From Trichosphaerium sp. ATCC 40318 (taxonomy: Eukaryota > Protista > Tubulinea): a stretch of DNA of 64,000 nt. The position numbers and the translations under genes are program-made. The stretch spans positions 124,001-188,000 of the forward strand of contig JALMLS010000370.1 of NCBI GenBank assembly GCA_038496445.1. The letters run 5' to 3'. Of the stretch, positions 61,867-64,000 are shown piece after piece; position 1 is the first letter of the stretch; every line of letters begins with the position of its first letter. The notes beneath the pieces are model-generated. The model searched no databases and was not told where the DNA came from. It saw only the letters and a program-made list of their open reading frames with translations.

Positions 61867-63350
61867 CTAGCAAGACAATCTGTCGGCGTATGTCAGCCTA
61901 ATGAGGGGTAAGTGATTTTGTTTGTGGTAGATTTTCCGTACCTCCACTTCGTTCGTTTGATAGCAAGTACTAGATCTCGGGGCAGCGTCTTGTTCAGTTC
62001 TTTAGACTTAAATCGTTCGCCTTTGTTTACTATGTAGATGAGGAGAATACGCCTCAACCCACCCTCCAGCTTGAGCCGGTGTGACTCATTCACTTGTTTT
62101 TCAATCTCGGCGCTGTTTGCTTTTAATACTTTGGCTCTTGCGAAACAGATTAACGCTGCTTCGTAGTTTCCTTATGAGATATTTAGTTTCTATTCAAAAA
62201 AAACTTGAGATTCTCGTACCTATCTGTCGTTGTACTATGCCAAGGTTGGTGTATCCATTCGCATACTTGTCGTCTATTGTCAGAGCCTTTTCAAGGCATT
62301 CAAAGGATTCATCAATTTTTCCAATAGAAGCCAACGCTCGTCCCTTGTGGCTCCTACGCCACGTCAGAAATAAGTAAAGAAAGTCAATATTCTACTCTAA
62401 AAAAAAATCCAGCCAAATTGAATGCCAAACTCACCAAGGATTTGCGAAATTCTGTTTTAGCATCAAGGCTTTGTCAAGGCATTTTAACGCCATTCTGGGT
62501 TTATTCAGAACATTTAGAGCAGCTCCCTTGTTTTTAACCGTTAAACAAGTACATGTATAGACACAACCCGTTTTCGGGCGCGTTGGCGTACCTTGTTGTT
62601 CCAAGCGTTGAAATCTCCGGGATCCAAAGCAATCGCTCTATCGTAACATGTTATAGCCTCTAAAATTACAAATGTCAGCAAGTATTCGGTTCTGTTACTA
62701 GTGCACAGCGGTAATTTTTACACGTGTTTTTTTTCATTTTTTGATGAAAGCACTTTTTTACTACTTCAGTTTTTACGAAAATAGATAGGGTGTTTGTGTA
62801 CCTCCACATCTACCAAGGTGCCGTAGAACATATCCCTACGCGTTTGTAAGCAACTTCTATTTTTGACTTTTTTATGCATTCGTTTTTGACGAACTTTGTT
62901 GTTCCAAGCGCTCTTTGTGGCCTCTCCGTCGTCGATAGCTATTGCCTACGCGTTATTTAATACCATGCACAATATTTACGCGCTTATGGCTACATACTTT
63001 ATCATAGCAAGTAATAGCCTCTTCTAGCCTTCCAAGCTCATCTAATATCCACCCTACGTACTTTAACGCGTTTTCAATCGACTTTAGCGAACCTTGATTA
63101 TACCACACCAAACTGTCCATCGGACGCAATTTTAATGACTTGGCGTAGAATTCAAACGCGTTTTGGTAGTCTTGCAAGTTTCTATGGGCATTTCCCAGCC
63201 ATTGTAAAATGACGGGCTTGTTTGGAGCTCCCCGCTTCACAGCCGCACTCAATAAGCGTATGGCTTCTTTGTTACGTCCTTTTGATCGTTTGTATTTTAT
63301 GTAATTCACAATCCGCACCTTTGTTTACGCGGTCGATCCCTATTTGACAT
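61867..63350 (-). CDS. TPR-repeat protein
   Basis: LQWLGNAHRNLQDYQNAFEFYAKSL, VWYNQG, GWILDELGRLEEAITCYDK, AWNNKG, CYDRAIALDP and CLEKALTID. Confidence 0.9.
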
Positions 63351-63742
63351 AATACGTCCGGCGGAAGTGCCTCTATTTGTTCTTCATCGTATACATATTC
63401 ATTATGGACTCTTGGTTGCATTGGCTGTGATTGTGGTGTGGGTGGCTAAAAACAGAAATTACAGAAACTTAAACGCGACTGAAGGACAATTTTTTGTCTG
63501 TGCAATATGTGTACAGCCCGCGGAATATAAAAACTGCACGAGAAAAACGAGTGTTAGGTGACATGTACTTATTCTCTTTAACGCGAGATTTTTATATCTT
63601 ATTCAGGTGTTATAACCTCTTCGGAGCAACGTTGTGATACATTATTAGGAACGCCGAAACACCAAATGTTACTCATCGGCTTGAATTTAAGGGAAATTTC
63701 GCTCTGATGAAAATAATTAAGTTCAATTTTAGTCTGTGGTTG

Positions 63743-64000
63743 TTATCTTGCTGACTTGCGCAATGCTTTTACCACCACGCCTGGTATGTTGATGGAATCT
63801 ATTTTTGAGGGGTTACCGGATATAACAAGCCAATCCACGCTGTTGGAACCGGCTACATTTCCAATTGGCGACGTTACGCCTGAAAATGGATGCAATGGTG
63901 TATCCAGTGGCAATGAAGAGCTTTTGGAAAAAATAAATACACTTGTTGCTGAAAAAGCCGCAATCAAGGCTAAATACGATAAATTAAGGTCCAAGCGTAG
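63743..64000 (-). CDS. 3' end of an unidentified gene with a hydrophobic segment (partial)
   Basis: Open frame with LSYLALIAAFSATSVFIF, ending in TAA followed by AT-rich sequence; the 5' part is outside the window. Confidence 0.45.
   Translation of the reverse strand, partial: LRLDLNLSYLALIAAFSATSVFIFSKSSSLPLDTPLHPFSGVTSPIGNVAGSNSVDWLVISGNPSKIDSINIPGVVVKALRKSAR

Noticed and set aside
63367-63720. snRNA (AATTTTTTG Sm-like site) or small gene between the TPR gene and the last gene
   Set aside because: No recognisable snRNA motifs and no convincing ATG-initiated frame.

Overview
Compact, intron-dense eukaryotic nuclear DNA. Most introns are about 35-60 nt, with donors GTACG/GTGCG/GTAAG and branch sites CTAAC/CTCAC/CTGAC, so the ORF track only shows exon fragments. 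It is most likely an amoebozoan, since it carries apparent homologues of Dictyostelium LrrA, LimE repeats, SgcA and LvsA; this is an inference from remembered sequences, not a search. Hand-splicing gives about 20 genes, in order: GT32 glycosyltransferase, an unclear acidic ORF cluster, a BEACH-WD40 protein, RAD51B, a RhoGAP, an EF-hand protein, an ELO elongase, ECM29, a xylulokinase, a DUF455 ferritin-like protein, LrrA, NEMF/Rqc2, a linker-histone H15-AT-hook-vWA fusion, a WAC-DDT ISWI partner, a DUF2589-like type I membrane protein, a His-brace LPMO-like GPI protein, a DEP-fused soluble cyclase, ARMC1, a LIM-less LimE-repeat protein, a TPR protein and a partial 3' end. The most notable observations: (1) a histone H1 globular domain fused in one spliced frame to a MIDAS vWA domain, next to an ACF1/Itc1-like gene; (2) a divergent pair of cell-surface proteins with bacterial-type head domains on P/T stalks; (3) a 370-nt BEACH intron holding an antisense 39-aa basic ORF plus hairpins; (4) U12-type and several obligatory GC-AG introns; (5) a head-to-head pair of apparently mitochondrion-targeted enzymes 82 bp apart. 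No tRNA, rRNA, CRISPR array or transposon was recognised. Gene boundaries are hand-derived and approximate.
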